DNA of 64,000 nucleotides from Azolla caroliniana. Lineage: Eukaryota > Plantae > Polypodiophyta. A program made the position numbers and the translations under genes. The DNA lies in assembly GCA_043228905.1 (NCBI GenBank), contig JBHGNT010000021.1:4526001-4590000 (forward strand), given 5' to 3'. How positions within the stretch are numbered: position 1 is the first letter of the stretch; every line of letters starts with the position of its first letter. Below, piece after piece: positions 62,972 through 64,000 of this stretch. Below the pieces are notes generated by a model, which was not told the DNA's origin, searched no databases, and saw only the letters and a program-made list of their open reading frames with translations.

Positions 62972-64000
62972 AATGTAATGCACAATGACCACGTGTCCTT
63001 CAAGGGAATCTCTTTTGGTATGATTTGCCACCCTTTAAGTAAACAAGGAAACCATTGTCTACTAACAAACTAAGCGGAAGAAGACATTATGAGAAGAAAG
63101 AATAAATGTCATGGCTAAATAATGTGAGTAAATCATAAAGTTCTTTGTATAGAAAGAAAATTGCAAGAAGTGACCACATTAGGTCAAAAATTAGAAGTTG
63201 CAATTGGGTAGGTAGTGTGTGTAAATCATAATTTTCTTCAGATACAAAGGATATTACAAGAAGCTACAAATTTGTAAGTCTAAATAAATGAGGGTGATTG
63301 TTTAACCCCCTTTCAAAAGTCTATTCTTCAATTTGTGTCTACATGTTCTTAGACTTGGGGTTCCCCTTGTCTTCTAACATCTTGTGAGTGATGATTCTCG
63401 TTGCGAGAAAACTTAATCAATTTGAAAGTGAAAGAAGACTTGCATTGTTAAAAAGGAGAAACTTCTAGGCATAGTTTCACGAGTGAGGCAATTCAAGTAT
63501 AGGCACTATAATTGACGTCTTAGTCATCTTCTTTGTTTGATTTTTGCTTTCTTTGAAGTCATATTATGTATCTTATTCATACAAACTACATCGATTGCTT
63601 ATGGTATTTGGCATTTCTCAAATATCAAAATATCTTACTAATTTGTTTTGTATGTAAGGAAGGTGTTGAGGAAATTCCATCCTACGCTTGATTGAAAATT
63701 TTGAACTAAATAATGGACGATACCCCTAGTTGAACACCTTTTATTTGCAAAAACAATTATTGCAAATAACTGTGAGAATCAATGGAAATTTTATTTACGA
63801 TCACTTTAGGTTGATGGTGTGTCCCTTTGCGAACTTGGAAAATAATTGAAATAGCACAAGGTTTTAGCATTTCAAATATTATAGTTCCACAAGAAATCAA
63901 CATACAACTTGAAGTGTTGTGGGGTTGTAATTCTTGAAGAAATTGTAAAACAGACTAAAATCCTAGGACAATGTCATGCCTTTGTATCGACATGCACTTG

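Overview
This window is eukaryotic, plant-type and almost entirely transposon-derived; I found no host gene. It is a deeply nested LTR-retrotransposon pile. The lineages present suggest a bryophyte or other early-diverging land plant (inference). Main components: (1) several families of a non-chromovirus Ty3/gypsy group (Phygy-like), with tRNA-Trp PBS, TGTCGTG...CACGACA termini and 4-bp TSDs; two are near-full-length (5584-18464 minus, 37984-50704 plus), alongside truncated copies and solo LTRs. (2) Two young, closely related Ty1/copia elements (9286-14623 minus; 42804-48220 plus, ORF intact), each inserted in gypsy pol. (3) Older copia elements (4945-23404, 24667-34174, 26973-31413, 52125-53495). 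(4) A decayed Tcn1/Tf1-like chromovirus, an L1-type LINE remnant and a hAT MITE. The most interesting signals belong to the gypsy group: 6 of 7 insertions sit at ACGT and the seventh at CCGG; a GGAUUUU slippery site plus H-type pseudoknot links gag-PR to pol; and the LTR carries an antisense tRNA-like Pol III A/B-box cassette. Coordinates were read by eye and may be off by a few bases.
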